Source: Bugula neritina
Taxonomy: Eukaryota > Animalia > Bryozoa
Length of the DNA: 64,000 bases
Direction: 5' to 3'
Assembly: GCA_964035545.1 (NCBI GenBank)
Contig: OZ037765.1
Coordinates: 10,736,698 to 10,800,697, forward strand
Shown in pieces: positions 50,701-64,000 of this stretch. A model generated the notes under the pieces. The model was not told where the DNA came from and searched no databases. It was given only the letters and a program-made list of their open reading frames with translations. Within the stretch, counting starts at the first letter, position 1, and each line of letters begins with the position of its first letter. Position numbers and translations under genes: made by a program.

Positions 50701-53700
50701 ATATTGTCTTGCTGCAAGTTTTCAATTACAGTAAAATGAAATCAACTTATCAAACAGGTAAATTAGATTTATCGTTAGTAAGCTAACCTAAGCTGATCCT
50801 AGTTTAGACACATAGTCAAGTAAATCTGCTGTTTGGAAAGTCACGATTTCACCTGAACTTACTTCACCCAAAAGTAAGTGAACACAAACAATATTTAACA
50901 CTAATTTGTAACTTACTAAACTCACTACGAGGTCTTTAAGATTATGCAAATCTCTATTGAAATAATGTTCACTAAAAGTTTGAAAGGACATATTGCTTGA
51001 TTTTACCTCTTTTCAGTGATTTGAGTTCTTTTTCCTGATCCAAGAACTGAGCATTCTGGATATTATATTGCTTTTGCAATGCTTCTTTTTCAGCTAAATA
51101 CGCCTCAGCCTACAATAATATAAGAACTAGATCTTTCAAATTTTCTATGAAACTCATTGACTACACAAAATGGCTACATTTAGAAACGTAACTATCAGAT
51201 ATACTTTTGAGTCATCCTAAATAAACTGTGAGTTTGTCCAGGTTAGCTTCTTACATAACTAAAAATAAGGAAATCCTCAGATAGTACACTTAATCATAAT
51301 GAAAACAATTTGTTAATCAGCTAAGAGTATTATCATAAAGAAAAAAAAACTAAATCAAGGCAGTACAAACAACTTTATCAAAACCAAAATAGCTGAAAGC
51401 TCAAAAATGACAAGTCAATAAATTTCCTATCATTACAATAAAATAAAGCAAAGGTGTCGCTACCGGGGATAATCTTACCTGCCCGGAGAGCACATCATAG
51501 TCCACAGTTTTAGTTGCAAGAGCTTGTTCAACATGAGCCACTTTACTCTGCAAGTCTACATAAACAGGAGTATTATATTACATATCACTTATAAACTACA
51601 GATTTGCTAAATATACAGTATAACATGGCCAAATATAGAGTATAACAGGGCCAAATATAGAGTATAACATGGCTAAATATACAGTATAACATGGCTAAAT
51701 ATACAGTATAACATGGCTAAATATACAGTATAATATGGCTACATATGCAGTATAGTATGACTAAATATACAGTATAGTATGATAGTATAGTATAGAATAT
51801 AAACACAGGTTCGGACACTCACCACTGATGACATCATTGAGCTCTTCAATTCTCTCCTCTAACTCTTTATTTGACTCATCCACATCTATGTCTACTGGAA
51901 GGGGAACAGAGCTGCTCTGCATCTTTGCCAACAGCATAGCACTCTGTCTTTTCATCTTCGTGTTGTCTTTCACCACCTTTGATGAGATGATGTGACAAAT
52001 AAGTCAAAACAATCGAATATCACATAGACTCATATATATACTATAGCGTTTGGTTATGCAGTACTTTTGTACACTCATATAATGAATGCATATAAACATC
52101 ATCCAGTATCTACTGATACTATGGCAGAAAACTACTATTACATGTAGTGTAGAAGACAATAGATAAGACAACTTCAAAATTTAATTAGAATACTTTGTAG
52201 AATAAGAAAGTGCTTCTATATCTTTACATGTCAATATTATTATAACTATTATGTGTATTGAATAAAAAGAAAATCATGCATAATGGGTTGTTATAGTATT
52301 TTACAACTTATACTTGTATGGTTTAAATATTGCTTAATGAGTTTTACTACATACATGTGATCTACTTAAAGTTCTAAAGCTCAACTTATGAATAAATAAA
52401 AATGACTTTAAGCATTCAAAAATAGTATTGCTGACAAATATATATTTATGTAATTAGCTTTAAATCAATCAATTTGCATTATCATGTCCCACACAGGACC
52501 TCCAAAACTTTACAAACAAAAGTGCAACATTCAGATACAATAACGGGTTCAGTTGGAGTTCTAATTTAGTTGTATCTATCACTATCAGTTCAATCAGTCT
52601 AATGCTCCAAACTGATGGTGATAGTTTATCCATACAAGCATGGTTACCAGACTAGTTTGTAGAATATAATATGAATTGCATAGCTTTCACACAAATAATG
52701 CAAAATATTATTGAAAAAAATTAATTGCTATGACAGGACACTGACTGTTAGCTTTGTTTCCTCCTTATGGTTATTCTATTTGACTACTCAGCACACTGAT
52801 TTGTCAGCAGTCGTTGCTGCAGGAAAAGTATGATTGCAGGCAATGTCTGCCAGCAAGCATTACAGTATAGAAGTACCAATACCAATATGTGGTTACAGAG
52901 AAAAAAAGCAGTTTGTCATGAAATGGAATGAAATAGTAACAATATTCAATGCTTTGTGCCAAAAACATGTACTAACTATTATACCAGCTCTCATACTTCA
53001 GTTTATATAATACTAATCATCATTATTCTTTGCTTCTTATGCAATACATACTTTGTTCATGAACTTTTGTTACATCTTTTTGTTTTTTGTTTGTGCAGTT
53101 CTTGTGTATACTTTTTCTCTAATTCTATCTTTGGTGACAAAGTTTTTGCCTTATATATATTATATATAATAATAGTTCTCAAATATAATATTAAAGTCTG
53201 CAACTATACTTGATAGCTATGAGGATATAATATTATTCTATATAGATCATATAATACATCCAGTATAACTGAGCAGCAATACTTAATTCACTGTTTAACC
53301 TGACTAGCATCTTAATCATAATCATTATTGAACCTTATCATCAGATAATTATGCATCAATACAATAAACAGGAAATAGCATTATCTTAACCTTCTTTTCT
53401 ATACTGAATGGCCAATTTCCATATTCACATCTGCAGAGGATGTACAAACTACAAGACAGGCTAATTACTAAGATTTTTGACAGTTTATTGATAAAAACAC
53501 TAGAATACTGGTGTTGTAGACAATTAGCCTGTCATCCAAGAAAACAATATTCTAAATAGAAAATCTGCCCATGTGAATAAAGAAATTTTTCCGAGCCCAA
53601 ACATGAAGGGAGGGTTGCATGAAATCTCATTAGTAAAACTGAAAACAGTTGAATCTTAGCCTACTGTAAGAGAAGCTACAACATTGACAGAATAAGTTGG

Positions 53701-55992
53701 GGTACCACTAGTCAAGCAGTGGTGAGTAATGAGTCAATCGAATGAGTCAGAGTACAACAAAAAAAGTTCACTTTGAATAGAATATAGAATCTTACACAGT
53801 CATGCTTGAGAGAAATGTGAAGTTATGAATCAGGTTCCTGCATTGGTGAATAATATGATTAATTCATTATCCAGAAACGTGATGGAGATTGTATACTGTG
53901 ACTGGCATATTCACAACATTGTTATATGCATGTAGGACTGAAGATTATGCTAAGGAATGGAATAATGAAGGATATTTGAATCACTGAGGAAGTTGAGAAT
54001 ATAAATCTTGCTCTAGCTAGAGAGTTATGGAATAGTCAATAGACTGTATTTAGGAGCTGTGTGCATGTTCGTTGTAGAGGTTTAGCTTGATGCCTTTTCA
54101 ATGGTCAGCTTTAGTGATTTGAACTAGTAGTTGTTGATATGACTGCTGTATATGCACACACACACATGGCCAGCTTAACATACAGTCAGAAGTATAAATC
54201 TTTGGCTAATATTCAATTATGTCACTATTTTAGAGTTTACATGTTTTGCTATAATTGATTTTAATGCTGTACAATACTGTTATTTTTCCTGGTCTGTTTT
54301 AGAGTTTCACTGTTTGTTTGCCTCCCATGCACTGCTACTCAAAAAGCAGCCGTCTTATCTACTATCAGCCGCTGTATTAGCTTGTCATTGTTAAACTTTT
54401 ATATCCCTTGAAATATGAACACATAAGATAATTATACTTAATAGTCTGTGCCTGACCTTCATGGGTCATTTATGGAAGTTAGAGAACACAAACAGCAGGG
54501 CACATGCTGAATACTATCTCAGATAAAATCTTACTTTGGTGGCATAACTCTCGGCAGCATATCGTAATGACTTCTCCAGCTGGTATTGGGTTTGTATTCT
54601 TCCAAACTCATTGTACATTGGCTGAGCCACTGAAAAAGAACAAAGGTATTTATCAACCAAGAATATAGGCCTAACATTCCATGCTTTTGCATCTATATTC
54701 ACATAATTGGTTTTAATTGAGGTTCATCTTGTTTATATCGGCATATATTCAGTGGAATACCATATCCTTAACTCTAGTTCTATAAACTAGTTTTTTGTTT
54801 TCATAAAATCAAGGAAAATATATACATTACTTGCAAATTATCAATTTAAAATGACAGTTATACGTGGAACTGTTTTGGTGTGCCGAGTCAGTAAAACTAG
54901 CCCTAAGCAAACAACAGCAAGACATATGCTAAGATTAACTAATCATTTCTTCATTTTACTGGATAAATTCATCCAGTAAGCTAGTTGTTAGCAGCAACAA
55001 GGAAGTTAAGGATAAGCTGTGTCAATATAACAATGGTAGAACAGTAGTAAGGGACAAGTCTTAGGGTAAGAAGCTGTTAGCTTAGTTAAATATGTTATTA
55101 CAAGATTAACTATCAAATTTATGGGAAGTCCTAGAAACATATGACAATAATTATTATAACTTTTAGTAGAGCACCTAATTATAGAGATCACCGTAGTTTG
55201 AGGGCGTGGCTTATTTATACAAATATCTGCAAGTATGCAAAGCCCTAACTACTGAGTTGAACAGCTTTGAATTCAACTGCTGGCTCTACTATCTGTCAAG
55301 TAGTTCACTTTAAAAGCAAATAACATGAGTAGCTAAAGTAAACAGAATGTTAGAAAGCATAACTGTTTATCAGAAACGATAGCAATTTCAATTATATAGT
55401 TGCACTACTCCTGCAAGATACTATTACTGATCATTTTCTTACTGTCTATAATAGTAGGATATAGTTGCTAGCTTAAGTTACCTGATTGTAGTTCCTGTAA
55501 CTGACTTCTAGTGCTTTCATATTCTTCATAGAGTTGATTGTATTTACTTAGTAAAGTGTCATACTCAGTAACCACTGCAACACAGAAAGTAACAACATGC
55601 AATTTCCTTCAGCACTTGGCTTTACCAACATTGACATATATGCAAGATTTTCCTCAGTCCTTTATAGATAGACCTCAGTAAGTTTATTACCTGAACGCCC
55701 ATTGAAATATATTCTATTCATTCAATCTCAATGAGCTAAGCAAATCTTATTCAGCAAGTTCAATCAAGCTCACTAAAGTATCGCTAACTACATAAGGCAT
55801 TATAATACATAGTAAAACTCAGTGAATATAATATATTCTAACTCCAACAATCAAACTACAAACCTGTCAGCATTTCAGATGCACAGTGTGTCCTAGAGTT
55901 TTAAAATTGTTCTCTGAATTTGATAAATATTGTATCAACTCACCATTCTTGCTGACTTCGGTCAACTGCTCTAACTTCTGTCCTGGGTCCAT
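44708..55992 (-). CDS. SHTN1: Shootin-1-like coiled-coil/polyproline protein
   Basis: MDPGQKLEQLTEVSKNVVTEYDTL; two shootin-like repeats (YQLEKSLRYAAESYATK.VVKDNTKMKRQSAMLLAKM and YDTEKTLRLQAEVYAGE); polyproline exon at ~47415-47510; AMLEMMKRIQTGVGLKKV; AMKEMHNYL; QLAALLAKRR. The order matches recalled shootin-1 architecture. A non-coding first-exon donor probably lies near 57959. Confidence 0.82.
45358..45430 (+). pseudogene. tRNA-like sequence (tRNA pseudogene or SINE head) in a shootin intron
   Basis: A-box TGGTGTAATGG, D-arm end TTAGCAC, CTGC-TTGCAA-GCAG anticodon-like arm and B-box GGTTTGAATCC. The acceptor stem and anticodon loop are imperfect. Confidence 0.55.
49156..49290. repeat. 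15-bp minisatellite (ATAGCATAGTATCTT) x9
   Basis: Nine copies, one with a substitution. Produces the spurious (CYKIL)n ORF. Confidence 0.95.
51606..51781. repeat. 22-bp minisatellite (GCTAAATATACAGTATAACATG) ~x8
   Basis: Tandem copies with increasing divergence, occupying most of a short shootin intron. Confidence 0.9.
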
Positions 55993-57329
55993 TGTGTATT
56001 ATCCACCTGATCTTGCAACTTCTACAATTAAATTCAACTTTAGACCACTTCATAAATAAAAGATCTAAATAATTATACACATAGAAAATGCATTATGGGG
56101 TGAAAATTGTTGGTTGAGATGAAAAACATCCGGCATTCATAGATTAGAAAATCATGCAGCTTCAATGCTGGCAAATATTTTGGAACTTGGGCAAATTTTC
56201 TTAAACAATGCATTGCACTTACAAATTTAATAATGAATTAATAATATCAAAAGTCATATAATAATAATAACGAAATTGATAGAACTCACAAAACATTAGT
56301 ACAAACAAAAAAACAACGATGAAGGTAAATGGTAGTTTACAGCTACAGTGCCACTGTGGGGGGGGGGTTGTGAGTATAACTATAAACATCACTATCACTC
56401 TACCTAGGCCTAACGCAATAAGTTCAAGTCACTCATTATAGCAATATATTGTATAGACTTATTTACTGATTATGATTATCAATTTGATTTATGATAGTCC
56501 AAGTCAAAGATAAGATATTATGATTATTACAATCATCATATGCTAGTTATACTAGATTTTACTAGCATTCGCGTGATTAAACTGATGCTGTCCAAAACAA
56601 ATGGCCCATTGAATGAATGATGCCTTTCAATGAGGCAAAATGTCTTGAATACCAAGGCTGCTACAAGTTTGATATTACACATGTTACAGCACCTAAACTA
56701 TTAGAAAAAACAGAAGCAAGCAAGGTGTTAAGAACATCCATACATATCCTCAATCACATTACAGAAAATACTAGCATACACTAGTACATCATTTTATTAT
56801 GGGAAAGCTAGATCAGAATGGAATCCTGGTGTCCAGAAGCATGTTGAAACATTGTTGAGTTTGTCAAAGAATGTAAACTTGGCTTTTATGGTGAGAACAT
56901 ATATGATTGCGCCTGCACTGATACGACTGTAACCACTCGATTAGCTGCCAAAAGCGAAGTTGTCTCCATAACTCAGTCCAGATACAGTGCATTAAAGCCA
57001 CCAGAGAAAAAAATAGAAATATGGAAGAACCCCAAAAACAATACAGTGAAGTTGACATTGATCCTTAGGAACATGTAGCTGAACCTAGTAACCAAACCCA
57101 GACAGCGATTTGCTGATAGCTTTGAAATCACTCATTGTTGATACTAATCGAGGTGCTTCTTCTTACTACATTCAGTGATCAAGAAAATACAAATGCTTTA
57201 AAAGTGTTGTTATGATTGTATGGATAAGCAAAATGATAAATGATAGTATCAAGTTTAAGATTGTAAAATAAATATCAACATAAATGGTAAATTATTGCTT
57301 GCAAACTTAAAAGGCGTTGTCTCGGTGAG

Positions 57330-57920
57330 TGACTGTAACTATTCATCACAAGTACTATTAGTATTAGTACTGTTGCTGATATTTAATACCATAAGTATAA
57401 TAATAATGTATAACATCAAGTCCTACTATACTAATTACTAATATAAACGTAATTAACATTAAACCTTTTGAGTTTAATTAAAACTCAAACTAAAAGCTGT
57501 AAAACTAAAAGTAAATCTTATTGTAGAACTAAGTCCAGTTCCACTACTGGTGCTACTACTACTACTAGTAGTACTAAGTATCAGTATCAACTGGGGTGAG
57601 ACTGAGAGTAATAATAATAATAATATATTCAATTTTATAGCATTAGGATAACTATTACTATAAGTATAACTATAAGTATGACTAATAGTAATAGTAATAC
57701 TATGAGAAATGAGTACCTGCAAGTGCAAGACTTGGTTTCAGTGTTAGCGTAGCTACTATACTTAAACTTTAACTCACAGTATTGAGTACGCTGTACTGGT
57801 ACAGCTACACTTAGTCTTACTGATAGTGATACTCATACACTTACAGTAAGACTCGAGTTCAACCTGGGTTGCACACTCACACTGATACCGACACTGACAG
57901 TGAGTCACTGAGTGACACAT
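57330..57920. repeat. Degenerate 6-bp-periodic tract at the 5' end of shootin intron 1
   Basis: Examples: aactat tactat aagtat aactat aagtat gactaa tagtaa tagtaa tactat; acactc acactg ataccg acactg acagtg. Confidence 0.75.
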
Positions 57921-57959
57921 GGTGGGCGTGACTGAAGAAACTGAGATGATTTTTCTTAC

Positions 57960-59670
57960 CTTTTTACTAATTGGTTAGTTTTAATAAAGATTCAAGTCTC
58001 AACTTCCCATAGTCATGCGAATAACGTTAATTTCATGGAATTTTTCGACAATGAGGAAGCTTGCAGTTTGAAATGTCCCCCTCATCAAACTGAAACGAGG
58101 TGTTCGGCTTATCGCTAATAGCCTCATTTATGTAGAAACGTATGTAAGCACGTGACAAAATAGACTGGTGCGAGATTTCATTGGGTGACGTTTTGCATGC
58201 ATCAGTCAACTTTTCAAAACATTGACATGTGCATTTGTTACCGCGTGTAAGGCGCAAGATAATAATATTATTATAATTGTTCTAGTTGGTGATCAACTTT
58301 CGTCTAAAAGAAAAATGACAACTCCCCAAACTTGTATATTGAGGCTTTGCGCTAAACAATTTAATCATGAATAATATTGGCATCATAAATCGCCAATAAG
58401 TTTAATGAATTATACACAAATATTTATATTCTAACAAACGTAATTAAGATTGATTTGTCTTAGAACAAAAGTTTTTATAACATTTTTTAGTATTTTAAAG
58501 CTGTATGTTTTAGAGCATATACGTGCAATCAAATATTATATCATGTATACACATAAATACAACATTAGAGAATAGAACATTATGTGATTTTTGTATTGCA
58601 GATAATAACCCAGGTTGACAGTAAACTATTGAACAGTAAAACTAATCATCTTTATTTTACTCCAAATTTATATAGCTTATGGTTATAGCTCAATTGGTTT
58701 GCATTTGTTCAAAGTATAAAGAACTTAAGTTATGATCTGTAGATGTATCACAGCTGTATATAATTACGCTATAATTATATTTGCTCATTTGTAGTTAGCT
58801 GATTATAGAAAGTATGTGAGTCAATTATATATTTTCAGATTAATATGTCATATATCATGCTATAATATAATTTACTTGTACATGCAGATGTATTGATTAT
58901 ATGTCTGCCTGGTCCTTGCCTTTTTGGATAAAATTAATGATGAATCAATTGTTTACATCTCTGCAAGAAGCTAAAAACAGTGTTTCACCCTAAATTTAGT
59001 TGGAGTTACTTTATATTTGCAAAAAACCATGCATGCATGTATAGAAGTCCTCATAATTTTTTTAGCTGCCAACTAAATAGCAGCTTGAAAATCTGCTGCA
59101 AAATTCTTGCAAACTTGGTAGGCTGATTATTTGCAATATAAAATTTTCTTCAAATTGAAATATATGCGTTCAGGATAAATATTAGAAACTACTTGGTAGA
59201 TTGGCCATGCTTTATAAAACTTCAGCTACTGGGCATGTAAAGTGTAAACAGTTGTACCTACTATATAAGAAACAGAGACGTGCACGGGCCACAGAGCATT
59301 AGTAATGATTTTCCCCGCTAAAAAAAATTTGTATTGTAATACCTACACCTCTATACTGATAACTTATTAGTTGACTTTTGATTTTTTGAACCTGAACCGC
59401 TGAACTGGGTATTTTTCAGCTTATTAACCAGACCGTCCGACAAAGGTCTTGTCGGCTAGAAAGCCTGTAGGCTACCCTTTTTTTACAATATTATTACCAT
59501 ACTATTTATGAATTCATAATATTAAGAATCTAAGGCTACAAAAATCACGTGAGAGCAACTGGCGCAATATTCTAATTTTCCTATTTCTTCTTTCGTTCAT
59601 ATTGAAATCGAAGGCTGCCAACACCTCAAAGTCAAGCACATTGACAATGACAATCACAAAGACTCAATGA
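57960..59670. promoter_or_regulatory. Divergent promoter interval SHTN1/MCPH1
   Basis: CpG-enriched patches at ~58000-58260 and ~59280-59620, with CACGTG E-boxes (~58149, 59546). Bounded by outward-facing donor sites and periodic tracts. Confidence 0.45.
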
Positions 59671-59784
59671 GTAAGAAATTAAACATAGAGCGGTCAATAG
59701 ATGAACACTAATAATTTCAAGAAAAGATAGTTCTTTGATATTGAATAGTTATTTATGTATTCCATATTCATTTTGCAGAGGAGT

Positions 59785-60950
59785 GGCTGTAAGTGTAAGT
59801 GTAAGTGTAAGAGTAACTGTAAGACTCTTAGTCTTACACTATGACTAAGAGTAAAAGTAATACTAACTCTAAGTCTAACCAGTAGCACTAACTGTACGAC
59901 TAAGAATAAGAGTAAGACTATCAGTATGAGTATCACTAAGTGTAAAACTGAAAGTTATTGAATTTGACTTGCACTAACTAAGTAACTTAGTTATAGTTAC
60001 ACTTAGTCTTACTCTAACTCTTACTCTTAGTGATAATGATAGTCTTATACTTATAGTTATGCATAGTTACTCTTACTCTTAGTCTTGCTCTTACTCTTAG
60101 AGTTAGTCTCACTCTTACAGTCTTACTCTTAGTCAGTTAGTCGTATACTTATAGACTATAGTTAATGTTATACTTATACTTATAGTATTACTATTAGTAT
60201 TAGTATTAGTAATAGTTGTACTTAGACTAAATATAATACTTATAAGTTATAGTTATTTGTATAGATTATACTATAACTTATAGTTATTAATTTTAAGTTT
60301 AAGTTAAACTTAAAGTTAAAGTTAGTGTTATTGTTTTATCTAAACTTATAGTTATACTATTACTTATTTATATTATGGTTCAAGTTATACTTAATCTTTA
60401 AGTTTATCCTAAAGTTAATAGATCTTTGACTTATAGTTATAGTTACTGTAAGTGTAAGTCTTATACTTAAGCTTATAGTTATACTTAAGTGTAACTATTG
60501 GTATTACTTTAAGTTTAAAACGTTGAACGGTTAAGTCTTAAACTTGGGGTTGGTATGACCTAACTCTTAAGGCTAATCTTATCATACGATTTATCATAAT
60601 GATTATATTGATCATGATATTGATGATCATTATGGTGTGAGCGTGTTACAGCTTACAAAACGAGGTACAACCACAAGCGTTAAACTTAGTTAATACTTAA
60701 AGGTAATGTAAATGTCACACTTACTGAGTGTTAGTGATACTGATAGTATTGGTTACTCTTTGTCATAATCATACTGAAATTTATAGTCCCTATAAATATA
60801 AGACTAACCATAGGTATTATAATCATACTGATACTGATAGTCATACTCTTACTCAGTTATTTTTAGTTTTACTACTGTTAATACTAATACTAATTAATAT
60901 TAGCAATAACTTAGTTTTACTTTTAAAGTGTTAACAATAACTAAAGCTGT
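59785..60950. repeat. Long degenerate 6-bp-periodic tract in the MCPH1 5' intron
   Basis: agTAag acTAtc agTAtg agTAtc acTAag tgTAaa; agtTAt agtTAc actTAg tctTAc; TA held in 6-nt phase while the other positions vary. Confidence 0.85.
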
Positions 60951-62122
60951 GTAACTAAATCTTAAGCTCCTTACATGGTAATGGTGAGCTTAGGTTACAT
61001 ATTGATTTATGGTACTACATATTAAGTAACAATTAATATAGATTGAAATTGGTGGCGGTCAAGAGAATTAAACTGTTTGAATCAGAGTTGGGGTCAACTG
61101 TTTGAATAAAGCCAATGAATCCATAGCTTGAGGTTTAAATTTTTATTTTAAAATAATAATTTCAGTTATATAAATATGTAATAAATAGTGATAGAATTAC
61201 AAGTAATTTAAATTCAATAGAAGCACCCATTAGCTATTACAATATAATCTTATCCCATTGATATTAAGATTATTGTCATTGGCATTTTATTTAGATGCTG
61301 AAATTAGTTTTTCCACCATGATTTCCTTAATCTTTTCGATGATCAAAATGGTTATTGGGATCATTTTTCAAGAACAAGTTCTATTGAATGAGAATTCGCC
61401 ATGTATGACAATTGTGTAATTATGGTTGAAATAAAATTTTATGTGATTGTTTTTTATAACCACAGACTTTGATAAAACAAAAATTAAATGTAAGTAGTAG
61501 ATCAATTTTAACAGTAAAACTGTCAAAAAATGCAATTTGAAATGGCACCTGAATGGTGTCTTGCAGCTTTGGCCTTTCAGTCTAAATCTTAATATTATAG
61601 TGCACATTACTTCATTCTAATGAAAATTGGTTATTCTCAATGTTTTCAAGTTGTTCAATTGATAATGGAAGATCTTTTAGTAAGGACGCGCTTGCTAATG
61701 GTACCAGAAATTTAAATCATGTTTTAATTTATGTTATCATTTTCTCTAAGTTATCAAATAATTTTTGCAAACGTTTTATTGTGTGTGTGATGCTGATATG
61801 CTATTAAAAGCATATTGAAGCTCCATTATATGCTAAATTCATAATTTAGTTATAAGTTAAATAATTTGGTAAAATGGAACATTCACTACTATAAAAAGAG
61901 TGCTTTAATTTGTTATGTTGTATATAAAAATGCATATACAAGTTGAAATTGTTTGAATTTTCTAATATCACTCAAGACATTGTTTAGCTCTAAATTTATA
62001 AATTAGAGTTAGCTAATGTGAATGATCTTTGCCTGCTTAACTCCGTTTATTTATAGTTTTAATTTGCAGGTATAGATGTTTATCGTGGAAAGAGTTAAAC
62101 AAAGGTTTACGCTTCATAAAAC

Positions 62123-64000
62123 ATGTCTGTCAACTTACCTCTGCTTGGTAGGTAGACATTTGGTCTTGACTTTCAAGGTTCACTTATAATAGTCTTTAGC
62201 TATTGACAGCAAACAATGTTTTATAGACTTTGTTGTATCACACTCACAAACAGCAACAAGTTAAAAATATGTTCCAATTATTATACTTTTCAAAATGATG
62301 AGCTTCCTACAGCTGTGTATGTATTTTAGCTCAAGCTAACTAAGCTTGTCACCTAGCATAGTAGGAGTTACGCAGAGTCTGCTCTGCCCCAACTAGCACT
62401 AACTACTGTATACAATAACAGCTTTGTTTTGTTATGAACTTTTTGGAAATTATTCTTAGTGGGATTTGTCGAACAAATTAAATGTAGAATGTAATTGCCA
62501 GAATAGTAGGTAGATGCAAGTAGGATAACATATAAAACAAAGCAACTCCTCAAACATTGTAATAATGCATGTAACCTTTGCTGTTGCTTTCCTTGAAATA
62601 AAACAGAATTTTGCATGAACGTAAAATTTTATAGAAGTGAATATTTTATAGACCTCCCCAGTCTGTAAAGATATGTGGCCCTTACATTGTGTTTTTTTTC
62701 CAATATGGCTAGTCTTATCAAAGAGCTTGCTATTTTGTTTTAATACTTTTATATAGGGGTGAAGGCATTTGTTGATGCAAAATCCGATCACGCAGACACC
62801 AGTGCCGCTGTCTCATCTGTGTTGGAGAAGTTGGGCGCTGTTGTATACGATAAGCTTCTTCCAAACGTTACCCACGTCATCTTTAAAGATGGTAGTAAAA
62901 GCACAGAACTTAAAGCAAGGAAACTTGGGGTTCATTTAGTTAGCGTCAGTTGGGTTGAAAGGTGCATACATACTTATTTGTCAACCGTAATTTTCTATAC
63001 AACAAAAATTATGATGAAAGTTTTAGTTTAATTTAATATTAAAATATTCCAAATGGTTTTGATTGAGAATGATTTACAACGGATGCTTTGTTCGTGCTTT
63101 ATTTTAATGGCTCTTTAATAATATTTATGAGTCATCAGTTTCATTATGAGTCATTCTGGTATTTACAGTTGCCGACAATCTAATCAGAGATCATCTGAAC
63201 ATCAGTTTCGGGTAGATCTGGAAAACAGTACAGGTAAAAGGGTATGTGTCGGATTTTCATAGATTTTACGGTCCATTGCTTGCACCAACTTATAGTTGAC
63301 AGCAGTTCAGCTCTTATGATATTTTATAGTTTCGTTTTGTAGAAAAAGAAATTAATTCAGCCCAAGACTTTTGAAGCAGAGCTTCAAGATGCTGCAATGA
63401 AATTGGCAAAAGAGAAGCAGAAGAAAGAAAAACATGGTATTGAGATTCCCGCTACTCTCAATATTGTAAGTCACACTAAATACTCACTAACTTGCCACTA
63501 ATCACCATTATATTCTAGTAGTGCTGCTCTTATGTAGTTATATAGTTTGATTAGTTTTTGTAGAGAAGAGAATTTTTTAGTGATGTATACATTTACCATC
63601 ACATAACCTAACTTACAGCCTAGTTCTGTCGCCATATTATGCCAATTAGTGTTGTGTCAACCATTCTCATGTAAACTGGTTTTTAATCATTGGATTTAGT
63701 CATTCCAACGTTTTACTTGTTCAGTTGCCATCTAGTGTTCTATTATTACTGGGTCTGCATTATGTTACTTACAACACATCACAAAAAATAACATTAAATG
63801 TTATTGTTTTGAGAAATTGTCAGCAATAAAATATTCGTCAAAGTTGCCCATCGATACTTCACATCTCGTTTCATGCGTCATTTATGCAGATAATTGTGCC
63901 AATCATATCATCATCATATTTTCAACCTAGTATTTTTACCTAGATTGCAGATCGTATGAATTTAGACCGTGTACTCGCTCATTGGACACCCCCGTCCTTA
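62123..64000 (+). CDS. MCPH1: Microcephalin, N-terminal BRCT domain; gene continues beyond the window
   Basis: Exons 62123-62147, 62757-62961, ~63169-63241, ~63342-63465 and ~63944 onward give MSVNLPLLGVKAFVD..LEKLGAVV..VTHVIFKDGSKST..KARKLGVHLVSVSWVESCR..KRKKKLIQPKTF. This matches the recalled MCPH1 BRCT1 (VTHVIFKDG..AQKRGVKLVSVLWVEKCR) and the downstream KKRKCMQPKDF motif. Confidence 0.88.

Noticed and set aside
51606-51781. CRISPR-like array
   Set aside because: Head-to-tail repeats without unique spacers in a eukaryotic intron; no cas genes.
52576-53533. Small inverted repeats (52576-52624, 53455-53533) and exon-like segments at ~53050-53150 and ~53390-53430 in a shootin intron
   Set aside because: The inverted repeats are short. 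The 53050-53150 segment has stops in all three minus-strand frames, and the flanking shootin exons already join in phase.
57474-60934. Hydrophobic membrane-like ORFs at 57474, 59694 and 60728
   Set aside because: By-products of the 6-bp-periodic tracts (alternating residues); no splice or homology support.

Overview
This is AT-rich, intron-dense eukaryotic DNA from an animal, probably a marine invertebrate (inference only; the species cannot be read from the sequence). Exons were joined by hand using splice signals and reading phase. Left to right the window holds: IFT20 exon 1 (-), with a probable solo LTR in its intron; ACADSB (+); a minus-strand train of an orphan Ser/Thr-rich protein with a GPI-type tail, a TMEM249 (CatSper theta) homologue, a possible small spliced basic ORF, and a 13-exon protein joining a degenerate intermediate-filament rod to an LMNTD1-type lamin-tail domain; ZNF236 (+, 29 C2H2 fingers counted by eye); Shootin-1 (-); and the 5' part of microcephalin/MCPH1 (+). 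Six genes form three head-to-head pairs, and the IF-like/ZNF236 promoter carries a palindromic RFX X-box. The most unusual non-coding signal is a set of roughly 0.4-1.2 kb degenerate tracts with 6-bp periodicity (often TA every 6 nt). They lie just inside the 5' ends of the broadly expressed genes and were not seen in internal introns. Gene identifications rest on recalled family motifs, not on database searches.
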